Source: the human T2T-CHM13v2.0 reference genome, Homo sapiens. Taken from it: a stretch of 64,000 bases of DNA. Made by a program: the position numbers and the translations under genes. The notes under the pieces were generated by a model. That model had not been told where the DNA came from. It searched no databases and was given only the letters and a program-made list of their open reading frames with translations. The stretch lies in the NCBI RefSeq assembly GCF_009914755.1, contig NC_060926.1. The stretch is one strand, 5' to 3'. This document shows, in pieces, positions 27,725 through 44,189 of this stretch. Position 1 is the first letter of the stretch. Each line of letters opens with the position of its first letter.

Positions 27725-28392
27725 AGTTTCTTTACAAGGCTTGGGTATTGAGCAACCTGGCATAATGACAAAAGTTCATGACAAATAGCTGCTACGAGAA
27801 TTGTAGGAAGTCACGGCTGTAAAAGCCTGCCGTACTGTTTTATCAAGGCTAGTTCCTCTTTCCTTTCCTCACATTTCTGATCAGGGCTGACCCTACTGAT
27901 CTTTGTCTTCAGAGAACCAACTCTGCCAAAGCCCCAGATCTAACAGGCCACATGAGGCTGGACAGAATTTTTCCTCCTCTGTACACCAAGACATTTAATG
28001 ACTTTTCTTCTTGTTGGATATGTCTTCATTCTGTTAAGTTTTCCCAACTTTCCTTTGCTGTTTGTAGTGACAACTACTCCTTTAGTCTGTTAGATTCTTG
28101 AGGGCATAGTTAGCATCTATTGCATCAATTTCCTAAAACTGCTTAGGTTATATTCTAACACATGCTGGCTGCTTTTTGGATCAATGTTTATTTACTGATT
28201 GGTCCAAAATTAGGACTGGCTGTTTGACCATTTCAGGAAGACCGTGGATGGGTTGTATTTCTTATGCCAATACCTGTGCCTGGCATATATAAGTATCCAA
28301 TATGTATTTGTTGAATGAATGGGTGGATGGTATATAGTAGGTGGCCTCTAGTACCATGCTACAAAAATATTGAATATAGCTGCAGCAACATT

Positions 28393-28485
28393 GCTCCAAG
28401 ACTGCTGCTCGTTCCTGTAAGTGTGTCCTTGTGCTATGACACTTGATAACTATCTCACTCATTGCCACCAGATCAATGTAAATGA
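28393..28485 (+). repeat. Copy 1 of an unexplained 93-nt diverged direct repeat (partner at 37592-37684)
   Basis: Manual ungapped alignment gives 69/93 identical positions. Confidence 0.85.
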
Positions 28486-29190
28486 TATTAGTGATGGCTT
28501 ACTGAGCACTGCCTAATCTCATGTAAAAGGCAGAGGTGTGCACTGGGGAATTGAATGCCTCATTATATGGTGGACAGAAGGGCTGGGAAGCCATTCCAAC
28601 AATAGGCATCTAGGAAGACCTATTATGTACTGGGTGCTGATACACAAAGTTGACAGAAATGTAGCCTGTGCCTTTGAGGAACTCAGAGGCTAGTGGGCTC
28701 ACGAAGTCTGGCTTCTTAGATGCTCAGAAATGAGTCCTTAGCAAAGACTGTATCCTTGGGAAGCATAAATAAAAGGTGGAAAGATTGCCGTATGTTGGTG
28801 TAGGTTTTAAGTTCCAGGGAATTCTCTTGGAGAAAAGATTTCTAAACATTTCTTTTCTATAATTCAGGCTTACTCAATATAGTCGTCCTTGTTTCCTGAC
28901 ATCTCCGATATCTCTCAAGATAGCTTATTATCAAAGTTCCAGGACTTAATCTTTTTTTTTATTTTTTATTTTTTATTTTATTATTATTATACTTTAAGTT
29001 TTAGGGTACATGTGCACAATGTGCAGGTTAGTTACACATGTATACATGTGCCATGCTGGTGTGCTGCACCCATTAACTCATCATTTAGCATTAGGTATAT
29101 CTCCTAAAGCTATCCCTCCCCCCTCCCGCCACCCCACAACAGTCCCCAGAGTGTGATGTTCCCCTTCCTGTGTCTATGTGTTCTCATTGT

Positions 29191-33016
<3,826 letters not shown>

Positions 33017-33079
33017 TATGATGTTAGGTGGTTATTTTGCTCATTAGTTAATGCAGTTTCTTCCTAGCCTCGATGGTCT

Positions 33080-34095
33080 TTACAATTTGGCATGATTTTG
33101 CAGCGGCTGGTACTGGTTGTTCCTTTCCATGTTTAGTGCTTCCTTCAGGAGCTCTTTTAGGGCAGGCCTGGTGGTGACAAAATCTCTCAGCATTTGCTTG
33201 TCTATAAAGTATTTTATTTCTCCTTCACTTATGAAGCTTAGTTTGGCTGGATATGAAATTCTGGGTTGAAAATTCTTTTCTTTAAGAATGTTGAATATTG
33301 GCCCCCACTTTCTTCTGGCTTGTAGAGTTTCTGCCGAGAGATCCACTGTTAGTCTGATGGGCTTCCTTTTGTGGGTAACCTGACCTTTCCATCTGGCTGA
33401 CCTTAGCATTTTTTCCTTCATTTCAACTTCGGTGAATCTAGCAATTATGTGTCTTGGCGTTGCTCTTCTCAAGGAGTATCTTTGTGGAGTTCTCTGTATT
33501 TCCTGAATCTGAATGTTGGCCTGCCTTGCTAGATTGGGGAAGTTCTCCTGGATAATATCCTGCAGAGTGTTTTCCAACTTGGTTCCATTCTCCCCGTCAC
33601 TTTCAGGTACACCAATCAGACGTAGATTTGGTCTTTTTACATAGTCTGTATTTCTTGGAGGGTTTGTTCATTTCTTTTTATTCTTTTTTTTGTAAACTTC
33701 CCTGCTCGCTTCATTTCATTCATTTCGTCTTCCATCACTGATACCCTTTCTTGCAGTTGATCGCATCGGCTCCTGAGGCTTCTACATTCTTCACGTAGTT
33801 CTCGAGCCTTGGCTTTCAGCTCCATCAGCTCCTTTAAGCACTTCTCTGTATTGGTTATTCTAGTTATACATTCGTCTAAATTTTTTTCAAAGTTTTCAAC
33901 TTCTTTGGCTTTGGTTTGAATTTCCTCCTGTAGCTTGGAGTAGTTTGATCGTCTGAAGCCTTCTCCTGTCAACTCGTCAAAGTCGTTCTCTGTCCAGCTT
34001 TGTTCCATTGCTGGTGAGGAGCTGCGTTGCTTTGGAGGGGGAGAGGCACTCTGCTTTTTAGAGTTTCCAGTTTTTCTGCTCTGTTTTTTCCCCAT
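33080..34095 (-). pseudogene. ORF1: L1 ORF1p, frameshifted near 33640
   Basis: MGKKQSRKTGNSKKQSASPPPK... (33637-34095) and ...QENFPNLARQANIQIQEIQRTPQRYS...YPAKLSF...QNHAKL (33080-33577). Confidence 0.95.
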
Positions 34096-34678
34096 CTTTG
34101 TGGTTTTATCTACTTTTGGTCTTTGATGATGGTGATGTACAGATGGGTTTTTGGTGTGGATGTCCTTTCTGTTTGTTAGTTTTCCTTCTAACAGACAGGA
34201 CCCCCAGCTGCAGGTCTGTTGGAGTTTGCTAGAGGTCCACTCCAGACCCTGTTTGCCTGGGTACCAGCAGCGGTAACTGCAGAACAGTGGATTTTCGTGA
34301 ACCGCGAATGCTGCTGTCTGATCGTTCCTCTGGAAGTTTTGTCTCAGAGGAGTACCTGGCTGTGTGAGGTGTCAGTCTGTCCATACTGGGGGGTGCCTCC
34401 CAGTTAGGCTGCTCAGGGATCAGCGGTCAGGGACCCACTTGAGGAGTCAGTCTGCCCATTCTCAGATCTCCAGCTGCGTGCTGGGAGAACCACTGCTCTC
34501 TTCAAAGCTGTCAGACAGGGTCATTTAAGTCTGCAGAGGTTACTGCTGTCTTTTTGTTTGTCTGTGGCCTGCCCCCAGAGGTGGAGCCTACAGAGGCAGG
34601 CAGGCCTCTTTGAGCTGTGGTGGGCTCCACCCAGTTCGAGCTTCCTGGCTGCTGTGTTTACCTAAGCAAGACTGGGCA

Positions 34679-35140
34679 ATGGCGGGTGCCCCTCCCCCAG
34701 CCTCACTGCCGCCTTGCAGTTTGATCTCAGACTGCTGTGCTAGCAATCAGCGAGACTCCTTGGGCGTAGGACCCTCCGAGCCATGTGTGGGATATAATCT
34801 CCTGGTGCGCCGTTTTTTAAGCCCATGGGAAAAGTGCAGTATTGGGGTGAGAGTGACCCGATTTTCCAGGTGCTGTCTGTCACCCCTTTCTTTGACTAGG
34901 AAAGGGAACTCCCTGACCCCTTGCACTTCCCGAGTGAGGCAATGCCTCGCCCTGCTTCGGCTCGTGCATGGTGCGCTGCACCCACTGTCCTGTGCCCACT
35001 GTCTGGCACTACCTAGTGAGATGAACCTGGTACCTCAGATGGAAATGCAGAAATCACCCGTCTTCTGTGTCGCTCACGCTGGGAGCTGTAGACTGGAGCT
35101 GTTCCTATTCGGCCATCTTGGCTCCAGCCCCAGGACTTAA
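34679..35140 (+). CDS. ORF0: L1 antisense ORF0 homologue, open for 153 codons (expression unknown)
   Basis: ATG in a strong context (GGGCAATGG) starts MAGAPPPASLPPCSLISDCCASNQRD, the known primate L1 ORF0 N-terminus. The frame stays open to a TAA inside the flanking TSD. Confidence 0.55.
   Translation: MAGAPPPASLPPCSLISDCCASNQRDSLGVGPSEPCVGYNLLVRRFLSPWEKCSIGVRVTRFSRCCLSPLSLTRKGNSLTPCTSRVRQCLALLRLVHGALHPLSCAHCLALPSEMNLVPQMEMQKSPVFCVAHAGSCRLELFLFGHLGSSPRT
35108..35125 (-). promoter_or_regulatory. YY1 site at the L1 5' end (internal Pol II promoter)
   Basis: GGCCATCTTG on plus equals CAAGATGGCC on minus, the established L1 YY1 motif, and it is intact. Confidence 0.8.
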
Positions 35141-35181
35141 TCTTGCCCAAGTCTTTTTGCTACTACAAAATGATAATTCTT

Positions 35182-35331
35182 TGTATGCATATGTGTGTAT
35201 CTGTATATGTGTATGTGCATGCACGTGCATCCATGCATGTGTGTATGTGTATATGCATGTGTGCATACATACATACACATGCATGCATGTGTATATGCAT
35301 GTGTGTGTGTGCTTGCCCATGTTCATGTGTG
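35182..35331. repeat. Degenerate alternating purine-pyrimidine (TG/CA/TA) repeat
   Basis: TGTATGCATATGTGTGTAT...CATACACATGCATGCATGTGTATATGCATGTGTGTGTGTG. Confidence 0.9.
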
Positions 35332-37591
35332 GAAATGATGAGTACAATGACAGAAGGGTAGAAACCAGAGCTAGATGGAAGACAGAGTAGGAATGATGTG
35401 TAACTTAGCTCTTTCTTTCTTTACTCATCATCAGTGACCCTGTTAATGTTTTGTCTGTTTAATGAATTGGTATTAGTTAATTACTTGGGCCATTAAAAGT
35501 TCAAGAACCTCCAGTTCTTTTTATTCCCTGAGTTCCTAGAGCCTGGAGGTGGCACAGCCAGGCAGACAGGGGTGAAAGGAGATTTGTTCCCAACTGGCTT
35601 CCCCTCTGCAGTCTCTGGCCTGCCTTTAATGATAAACATTTAGAGCCTCCTTTGAGGGCTGCCCATTCATTAAAGGAGTTAACGCAGTTTCCTCTATGGT
35701 GACTTTGGGAGGAAATTAATTCTCCCCCAGTGCCTAGTTCAGTGCCCCAGGCTTAGAAGATGCTCAATAACACATTGCTCATCACTGCTGCTCATCTACC
35801 CTGTGCAAGAACTTTGGAAGCTGGCCTTCTGCTCGGTGAATTTGCCATTCTCAGTGTTTCTCCCAAATGCTCTCAGTTGTTCCACAATCCCACAACGGTC
35901 ATATGGTCCGTGCACCAGGCATGTAATTTGCTAATCTCATGATTAGACATGCACACAAACCTCAGTGCTATTCTAATGAACTCTGCAGTTGGCCTTTGGA
36001 TTGTTTCTCCCTAAACAAATCTCTAGGCACATGTGAATGGAATTAGTCTTCTGATCACTCTGACCTGCTGCACACTGTTGTTGAATACTTTTAGTCTGTA
36101 GTACTTCCTGGGTTGTGGGCAGCCCAGGTTTCTGTGATCAGAGGCACATACCTTGGTTCTGGGTGCTGTCTTTGGGTCGACAATCCCCAGGCGAGAGGGG
36201 CCTCACACTTAGTCTTGATGTGCTTTGGATGTAGAAGTTTTGGGAAGATTTCTGGGTTATTTCTTTCTCTGATTTTATTCTTTTGTTGTCTTGGCAACTA
36301 GAATAATAGTCTTAAGTGTCTGTGTTTGTATATTCTTTGGAGAATATTTTATCACAAATCTTTTCCAAGAATGCCTATCTCATGATGCATTGATTATTCC
36401 TCAATGTCTTCCTTTTTTTTTTTTTTCTGTATATGCTTGTTTTCCACAGTTGGGAGAAAGAAATGTTTGTACGACGTAAACAGCCTCTAGGTTGAGGATT
36501 AGGAGTGCTCGGTTAGTACTTTACCTCTCTGGCCTTCAGTTTTCCAGATTAAATGGACCAAATGATTTCTTTAAGCCCTGAACTGCCACGACCCTAAGCC
36601 AGAATTAGGTAAGAATGTGCCATTACTTGCTGACATCCTTGCAAGAATCTTCTGCATTATGCATGGGAATTTTCCAATTCTTCACTCTTCATTGACTAGA
36701 ATTTTTTTTTTTTTTTGGTTGAAATATGTTACTTCATTTACCTCAGTCCTCGGTATTTTGCAGAAGGGGTAAATGCTGCCATGTAAACACATGATACTGG
36801 CAGAAGGCTGGTGCTGCTTCAAGCCAGTGTTTTACTGTGGTTGGAGTAAATGTCATGGAGGTTTCTTCCTCTTTTCTTTAACAGATCTCTTGTGCTTTTC
36901 CCCTTCCTTCTACAGTTGGTACCCCTTATCCCCTCTTTGTCATTTATCAACTTGAGGGCTTCAGGGAAAAACTTCAGACATCCACGAGGAAGTGAATCCT
37001 CAAAGAGGACTGCCCTGGAGGCTCTTGGGAGGGTGGAGCATCCAAATGGATTGGCTTGGAATCCCTGACACTCAACTACAGATGCTTCCTTCAATGTTGA
37101 CTTTGGAGCCAATTGAGTCTGCTTGTGTGTGACAATTGGGGAGGGATCTTTGGTGCCTGTGGCAGGATGGCTTCTCCTTGGCCATACCAGGTACACATTT
37201 CAAAGCCAGAACTGGAAATATCAGCTTCACTCAGGATAAATTTTCCTTACATCTTTGGTCAGTAAAAGCAATATACATTGCAATAAAGGAAGGCAGCGTT
37301 TTTCCTTTATTGTAGCATTTAGGTAGAAAAGAGAAATATGAAATGATAATAGTGCATGATATGACTTTAAATGATAACTTCATGTTTATCTTTTAAAATG
37401 TAATAATATCACTGGTAATGACATACCACTTGTTAAAATGTGGAAACACTTCTCTACTGGGTGGTAAGGAGCTGCTGCCTCACATTTCCTGTGTGGTCAT
37501 GCTACCACAGCCTCTCTGGTCATTACCTCTGGGCCCCCAGGATGTCCTGATCATCCTGGCATAACAGGTGGCCTCCTGCAAGGCTGCTACA

Positions 37592-37684
37592 GCTCCAAGA
37601 CTGCTGTTTGTTCCTGTAGATGGGTGCTCTGACTGTGCCACTTGTTAACTACAGTGCGCCTTACCACTAGATCAACGCAAATGA
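37592..37684 (+). repeat. Copy 2 of the 93-nt diverged direct repeat (partner at 28393-28485)
   Basis: GCTCCAAGACTGCTG...CACTTGTTAACTA...CCACTAGATCAACGCAAATGA aligns ungapped to copy 1. Confidence 0.85.
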
Positions 37685-37779
37685 AAATAATAGTGATGGG
37701 CTCCCACTCTGTGTGTAGGACCATTCTGTAAACTCTGGAGGGAAGTGGCCCTGTTTCCATTCTTAGGGCCAGACACACA

Positions 37780-37990
37780 CGAGCACTTGATAAACATTTT
37801 CTCAGCAGTCAATGATCTCATGCGATTCCATCAGTGACATTATAAGGCAGGTGTTTTAAATCCAGTTTTGTAATTGCTAGGAAGATGTCCTAAAGAATTC
37901 AAATAACATGACCTGAGTCCAGCTGAGAGGGGAAGGAGTGGATAGTTCAACCCAGGAGTGTCATGGCAGGTTAAAAGACTTCACTCTTCT
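37780..37990 (-). mobile_element. MIR relic
   Basis: ATCTCATGCGATTCCATC...CCAGTTTTGTAA...AAATAACATGACCTGAGTC...TTCAACCCAGG. Confidence 0.45.
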
Positions 37991-38713
37991 AGGGTGCTTG
38001 AGATGTTCTGAAACCTCACAGGTACCTGCTAACTTGAATGGTCTGTGATTCCCGATTTTGAAGGTAACTTGGTTTTAGGTTCCCCGAGAAAGATGGGTGG
38101 GAGGAAGGGTACTGTGTATGTGAAATGGAGCAGGAGGGATGGGCTGTGGATCCAGGAAAAGGGGCTCTAAGATCATCCTGAGAGATTACAACACACCTGC
38201 CCCCAACTATTGGACCCTATAAACCAAAAAGTCCTTCCCTATAGGAAGAGGAGAAAAAAAAGACAAAATTATGTGAGAGGAAACTATACATCAACCATCA
38301 TACCACCATACCTGCTCCCCCATTAGCCCTCTGAATATAGAGAACTGAGCGTCAATTTTCCAGAGGTACTAATGGTTTCTAATTAAGGCAGAGACATAGA
38401 ACTAAGTGTTTAGAGGCCTTTTGCTGTGTTAAATTAGGCCAGAGCAATTGGAGGAAGCTGCTCAGAATAGGGAGACTGGGTGTTTGAAAGCCAAGCCTCT
38501 CAAGCTTCTGAGTTTGTGTAGAGCCCCTTGGTAGCTTACCCTGGCTTCCTTGTATCATCAGAATTGCATAGAGACAGAGAACACAAGCCTTGGGCTATGT
38601 TTTAGTAATTACAGTTAATAAAATTCATTAAGAGATTATAAATTAATGTCTAACAGTCTCATTTTAACACTTGTGTGTTGATAGGCATAGATATTAGAAA
38701 AACTGTTAACCCA

Positions 38714-39335
38714 TAATAATAGCCATCACTTATTTAACTCCTATACTGTCCTGGGCTTTAGATATTTTGGTCTCGTTAATCTTCACAACACCTTTATGAG
38801 ATGGTTATTTTGACTGTGGTAGTTTGAATCTCAGTTCTTCACTCCCTCTATGGATTTACAAAGGCTTCATGGGGGCAGAGTGCACTTTCTCCCAACTTGG
38901 CTTGAGATTTGGTTATGTTACTGCTTTGTCCAATTGGATCTTCAGAGATGTGACTTGCCCAAGGCCTTTAGATATGTTTGCACAGCCTGGCTTGCCCCTC
39001 TGTGCTCCTGTGGCTTGCCATGAGAAGAGCATCCCTGTGTTGCTGCTGGTCCAAGAAGATCAACCCACAGCCTGGAGCTCAGCCCTGCTGACTCCAGTCA
39101 ATCCCAGTGGACCTTCAACTACTGGCAAATCTGTGAGCGAGAGAATAACTGCTTTTTAAGGGACTGAGATTTTTGAGATTATTTGTTGTGCAGCAAAAAA
39201 GGACAAACACATAATCCTAATCTCCAAGTGCAGACGCTGAGGTTCAAAGAGGTTACATAGTTTGGCCAGAATCACTGAAATATCACAGCACAGGCTGGAT
39301 TCAAACCATGGGTCATCTCATTTCAAAGCTACATT
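38714..39335 (-). mobile_element. MIR split by an MLT1 LTR
   Basis: Left part ATAATAATAGCCATCACTTATTTAAC...TTAATCTTCACAACAC; right part CTGAGGTTCAAAGAGGTTACATAG...GCTGGATTCAAACC. Confidence 0.7.
38815..39211 (+). mobile_element. MaLR solo LTR (MLT1H-like)
   Basis: TGTGGTAG...TTTGGTTATGTTACTGCTTTGTCCAAT...GCCATGAGAAGAGCATCCC...TTTTTAAG..ACTGAGATTTTTG..TTATTTGTTG..CAGCA...ACA. Confidence 0.7.
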
Positions 39336-42243
39336 ATTGTTTGGGGAAAAGTGCCCTATATTGGAGCAAGCATAAGGTTAAATATGATGAGTATATTAAA
39401 AGTGCCTCTCCAAGCCTTACACCTAGTGGAGGGGAGGGACAGGGCATTAGAGAATGGTTGCCAGAGAATCACCTCTCCTTCCAGGATGGGGCCGTTTAAT
39501 GTAGGAGTGAGAGCTTGCTGGAAATATTCCAGGATGTGGTGGCACATAGCAACCCTAAACACCACCCAGTGTTACCTGCTTCCCAGCGCCATTAATAATG
39601 ATGCCCCTCCTGGGCCATAACAGGCTGAGCTTCAGCAAATCCCTTTCCTGAATGTTTAATATACCGGAGGCTTATTTAGATTCTACATGGGGAGCCTCAT
39701 TTTTCTTTTATTAATTGTAATGAGAGTTATTTTTGTTGCCTTAAGTATAAAACATCCCTCTGGGGAGTTCTGGGCCCATTACAGACATGAAGAACCCAAT
39801 CATCTTCTGTCCTTATAACAAGCCTAGGAGGGAGGCAAGACAGGAGCCACTTAATCGGAATTGTAATAGGAGAGGAAACCCGAAGGTTTTACAGTGGAAA
39901 ACTCTAAGAGAAACAAATTAAGAAGCTAAAACTTGGCTGCTGTTGTCAAATCAGCCCCACAGGGAAGAGCCCAGGACACACAGAGGAGAAAAGAGGAAGA
40001 GGAAAAGGAACTAAGATGAGACAAAATAGTGGAGGGAAGGAGAGCCAGAAGGACAAAGGCAGGTTGTGAGATCCGGAGACAAGCTCTGCTGGGTGGGCAG
40101 TTATTTTCATGGCTTGCCAGCAAGCTGCCCCATTCAGTTGATGCCACATATGTATATCTTTAGAGTTGTAGACGCATCCCTGGGACTGACCCCAATTCAA
40201 AGGGATGATGAAAGCTGAAGAAACTTCCCTGTTGAGGAGCAGCCAGCCTTGCATTTGTATCCTCATACCAAGGGCAAATTTACTTTGGAAACTTCTTCCC
40301 CAGCTACTTTCCTAATCAAACACTTTTACCTAAAGCATTCTAAATTAACTGCTTTCAGCCTGAATGCAATAATTCTGTATTTCCTGATTTAATCTTGGCT
40401 TACATTCCCTCTATGGCTATCCTCTCCCAAGGACACACCAGGCAAAAATCTTCAAGAATAAAGATTGAATAAAGGGTTTTGCTGTCTATATGCTAGGTGA
40501 AGTTTCCTAAGACCTTCTTCCACACTCCTGCCGGCAGTTCTGGGGCCATTTTACAGCCTCTTTCCTCTTTAGTAGAAAGCATTCATGAACCATTGATTCA
40601 TGAAATCAATCCAATAATGGGCTTGTTCACAGGTTTGGGACAAAGCAAGGGTAGTTGGGAAGAAATTTTTGGTAGACAAGAATGCTGAACTTGCTACCAA
40701 GGGTCCTAGCATGGCAATGTGGGAAATATCCCCCACGTGTGAAAACCCTTTCCATTATTAACCTGCACAGGATATTGAAGTGGAGCCTACATGATTGTAT
40801 AGTGAATCTCAAATAGTGGCTTTTAATTTTTCCAGAAAGTATCAACCTGCTCAAACTACCTACCTCTTGCTGCAGCCTCTCTTACTTCCTGAAGCTTTGG
40901 TCATAAATCCACAGTGGCAGCTATCTTCTGAGTTTTCTTCAGATCTTCTCAGCATCCTCTGATTTGTATAGGTTGGGGCTGTGAAATAAAATGCCATAAT
41001 TTAAACTGGCCTGAGAAGCAATTTGAAGAGTTGGTTCTTGGCTTAGAGGCTCTGGGTGTGGGTGGATGTCTCTGTAAGAGAGCTGACTGAGGGGTCATCC
41101 CTGGAGAGCAGGGATATCTACCTTGGTGACAGAGCTGTTGATGTTAAGAGACCTTCAGACATTAGGCTGGTCTAAGCAAGTTTGAAAATAAGTCTTTCGC
41201 TCTCTCACAGCCACTTTCTGTGCTCCTTTATGACTCCTTGATCCCGTTTTCCTCATGCCCTGAGCATTCAGGTTGCCTCCTGGTTACACTATGTGTCCAT
41301 TTGACCTATTTCCCCTTAAAGGCCTCACATCGAGAATGGCTTGACTCCTCGCTCCTCCATTCTTCCATTGAAACCCTGTCAATTATTTTAATTAATTGTC
41401 TGCAAGGGAGGCTCCTAGCTCCCCCAGCCACACTTTGATTCCACCTCCAAAGAGGAAGAATTTAACTATGCATGGATGGTCAGGCTTGAAGGCATTCATT
41501 GGGTCTCATTTTCTAAGAGATAGAGTCTTATCTAGAATGGGGTAAATAAGCCCATTTTGTGGCAACCACTCCCTTAGTCTTTCCGGATACAATTCCTTCC
41601 AAGGACCTAGAGGAACAAGGCAGAGGCTGTGTGGAGACTTGGCTGTGCTTGACTATGCATAGAGAGTCCTGGCCTGGTAGAATCTGTCTGCCTATTTCTG
41701 TCTCTCCCCATGTATTGCCTACTCTTTCTTTATAAGCTTTGCCCTTTAGGAGGCCAGAGGTAAGAAGTACCCTTTTTCCATGATGAAAGAGGTAGTCCTC
41801 TTCCCACTTCCTTTAAAAAGCTAAGTGAAAGCTAAAGTAACGTTCAAGGGAAAGCAAGCACTTCAACCTTCCCAGTCTAGCAAAGGGGAGTTCTGACAGG
41901 CAGCAGAGCTAACTAGGGTTAGAGATCTACCTTATGGTTTGGGGCCAAAGCATCAGCTACTAGCAAAGGATGAATGTTCTCGCCATTGTCCTCTGTGTGT
42001 ATAGATTTCTGGACCACTTGTGGGGTGGTGTGGCTAGCTAAAACCAGAATTCTGGGCTCCTGGGCCTCTCTGAAGAAAGGTCTTAATTTTTGAAGATCAG
42101 AGGGTTATGAGACCTGTTCATCTGTAGCTCCCCCTCCTGACCTTCCCATGCTTATCTGGAGTAGGTGTAAGAAATCCAGCAAACTTTTATAACTACCTTA
42201 GGCTAAGATGTGATTGATTGAAAGTCTACCTCTCCAAGTAGTA

Positions 42244-42587
42244 CAGGTTGGATATCCCTAGTTCAAAAATCTGAAATCTGAAAATGTTTGAGCACTGACA
42301 TGATGCCAATAGTATAAAATTACACATCTGACCTCATGTGATGAGTCACAGTCAAAACTTTGTTCCTTGCACAAAATTACTAAAAATAGTACATAAAAGT
42401 ACCTTTAGGCTATGTGTATAAGGTATATGAAACCTAAATAAATTTCATGTTTAGATGTAGGTGCATCCCCAAGGTATCTCATTATGTATATACAAAAATT
42501 CCCAAATCCCCCAAAATCCGAAATTCAGTACACTTCTGGTCCCAAGCAGAAGGAATAAGGAATACTGGATAAGAAATACTCAACCAG
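42244..42587. mobile_element. TcMar-Tigger MITE (Tigger4/MER46-like)
   Basis: Terminal inverted repeats CAGGTTGGATAT.../...ATACTCAACCAG flanked by TA on both sides; internal CACTTCTGGTCCCAAGCA. Confidence 0.85.
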
Positions 42588-43625
42588 TATTTACATTTTA
42601 GGTGTCAAGAATTAACTCTAATGTCTTTCTCACAAAGATATTGTGAACTCTGCTGACATGCTCCTGATCAACTGAATGATGAGCTTCCTGCTGTCTTGGA
42701 TAGCATTTAAAAATAGGCACCCGTGCAAAACCAAACACACCCACACAGCAAAGCATTCAGGGAATTCATTTCTTTAGGTTTGCTCACACCTGGCATAGCA
42801 TCATGGGCAAAATTATTTAAGCATTTTAAGGGCATTAGTAATTCCCCAACAGCAGCGCAGAGGGTGATATGGCTGAACACATGTCATATAATCAGATTTT
42901 TAAAATTTCAACTCATCAATTGATGATGATAATATACTTGGGCATTGCCCATGTTGTTAACCTCAGCAATCAAAATAAAGTAATTATACTAATTAGAAGC
43001 CTCTTAAAACCCAGCTCAGTGTCCTTGTGCATGAGAGGCAAGCTGTGCCACAGTCACTTCACAGAGCTCGGAGACCCCATAAAGTCTTAGGAGCTCCTCA
43101 TGGGGCCAGTAGCCACATTGCCAGGGAAAAGGAGTATTAGAGGTGAGTCTAGAGGGAGATGGATAAACCTTTCACTCAGAAATGGCCTTAGATGCTGGAA
43201 AGAGTTGCAAGTGGCCGAATTGGCCTGATGGTCTGGAACCAGAGATTTAAGAAGCACTGAAGCCCAGTGAACTGTGACTGTCCCAAGTGTTCTGGTGGAC
43301 AGTCAGTCATCTACTTGAGTGGGATTGCTGACAGAGTATTAAAGGAGACCCAATAGATGCACAGTTATTTGGATACCTCTCTATTGGGAATTGAAGTGAC
43401 CATATGCAGACCTGCAAGGTAGCCACATTTTATTACCAAGTATCTTGAGCTGACAGCCAGGCTAAGTGAGTAAAATGTGGTGAATCTGAAGGTGATCATG
43501 GTAAAGAGAAGCCTAGTTATTGAGTCAGAAATGGATATACTATCATGTGAGAGCTCAAATCTGGAACAATGAATGGAAAAGTGGAGAAGGGTAGAGGGCA
43601 TTGTACAGCTTGAAAAAACGAAGGA

Positions 43626-43953
<328 letters not shown>

Positions 43954-44189
43954 CTAAACTGATTGTTTCTGAAAATCATGGCACCTAACACTTGTTTGCA
44001 AGAATTATACTCATTGTGGCCTTGAATATTTTTCATACTCTGACCTGCTTAAAGACATCATGCTTCCAAAATTTCCTACTCTATAGTAATCAAGCTATTA
44101 TAATAATATGCATTACCTCCATAGACAAATGACATGGCAGGTATAAAATAATATGCATAAAACATTTACTATTAGGTTATTAGAGCAGT

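Noticed and set aside
28462-28480. CTCF-like CCACCAGAT / CCACTAGAT in the duplicated 93-mer
   Set aside because: Both copies lack the GGCR half of the CTCF core, so the site is not called.
35067-35390. Cys/His/Val/Met-rich ORFs on both strands
   Set aside because: They are translations of the TG/CA simple repeat.
35770-35795. Possible third copy of the 93-nt repeat (ACATTGCTC..CTGCTGCTC)
   Set aside because: Similarity covers only ~20 nt, overlaps a MIR-like tail and does not extend.
42553-42581. Duplicated ATAAGRAATACT near the Tigger end
   Set aside because: Small duplication inside the MITE terminal repeat; no independent significance.
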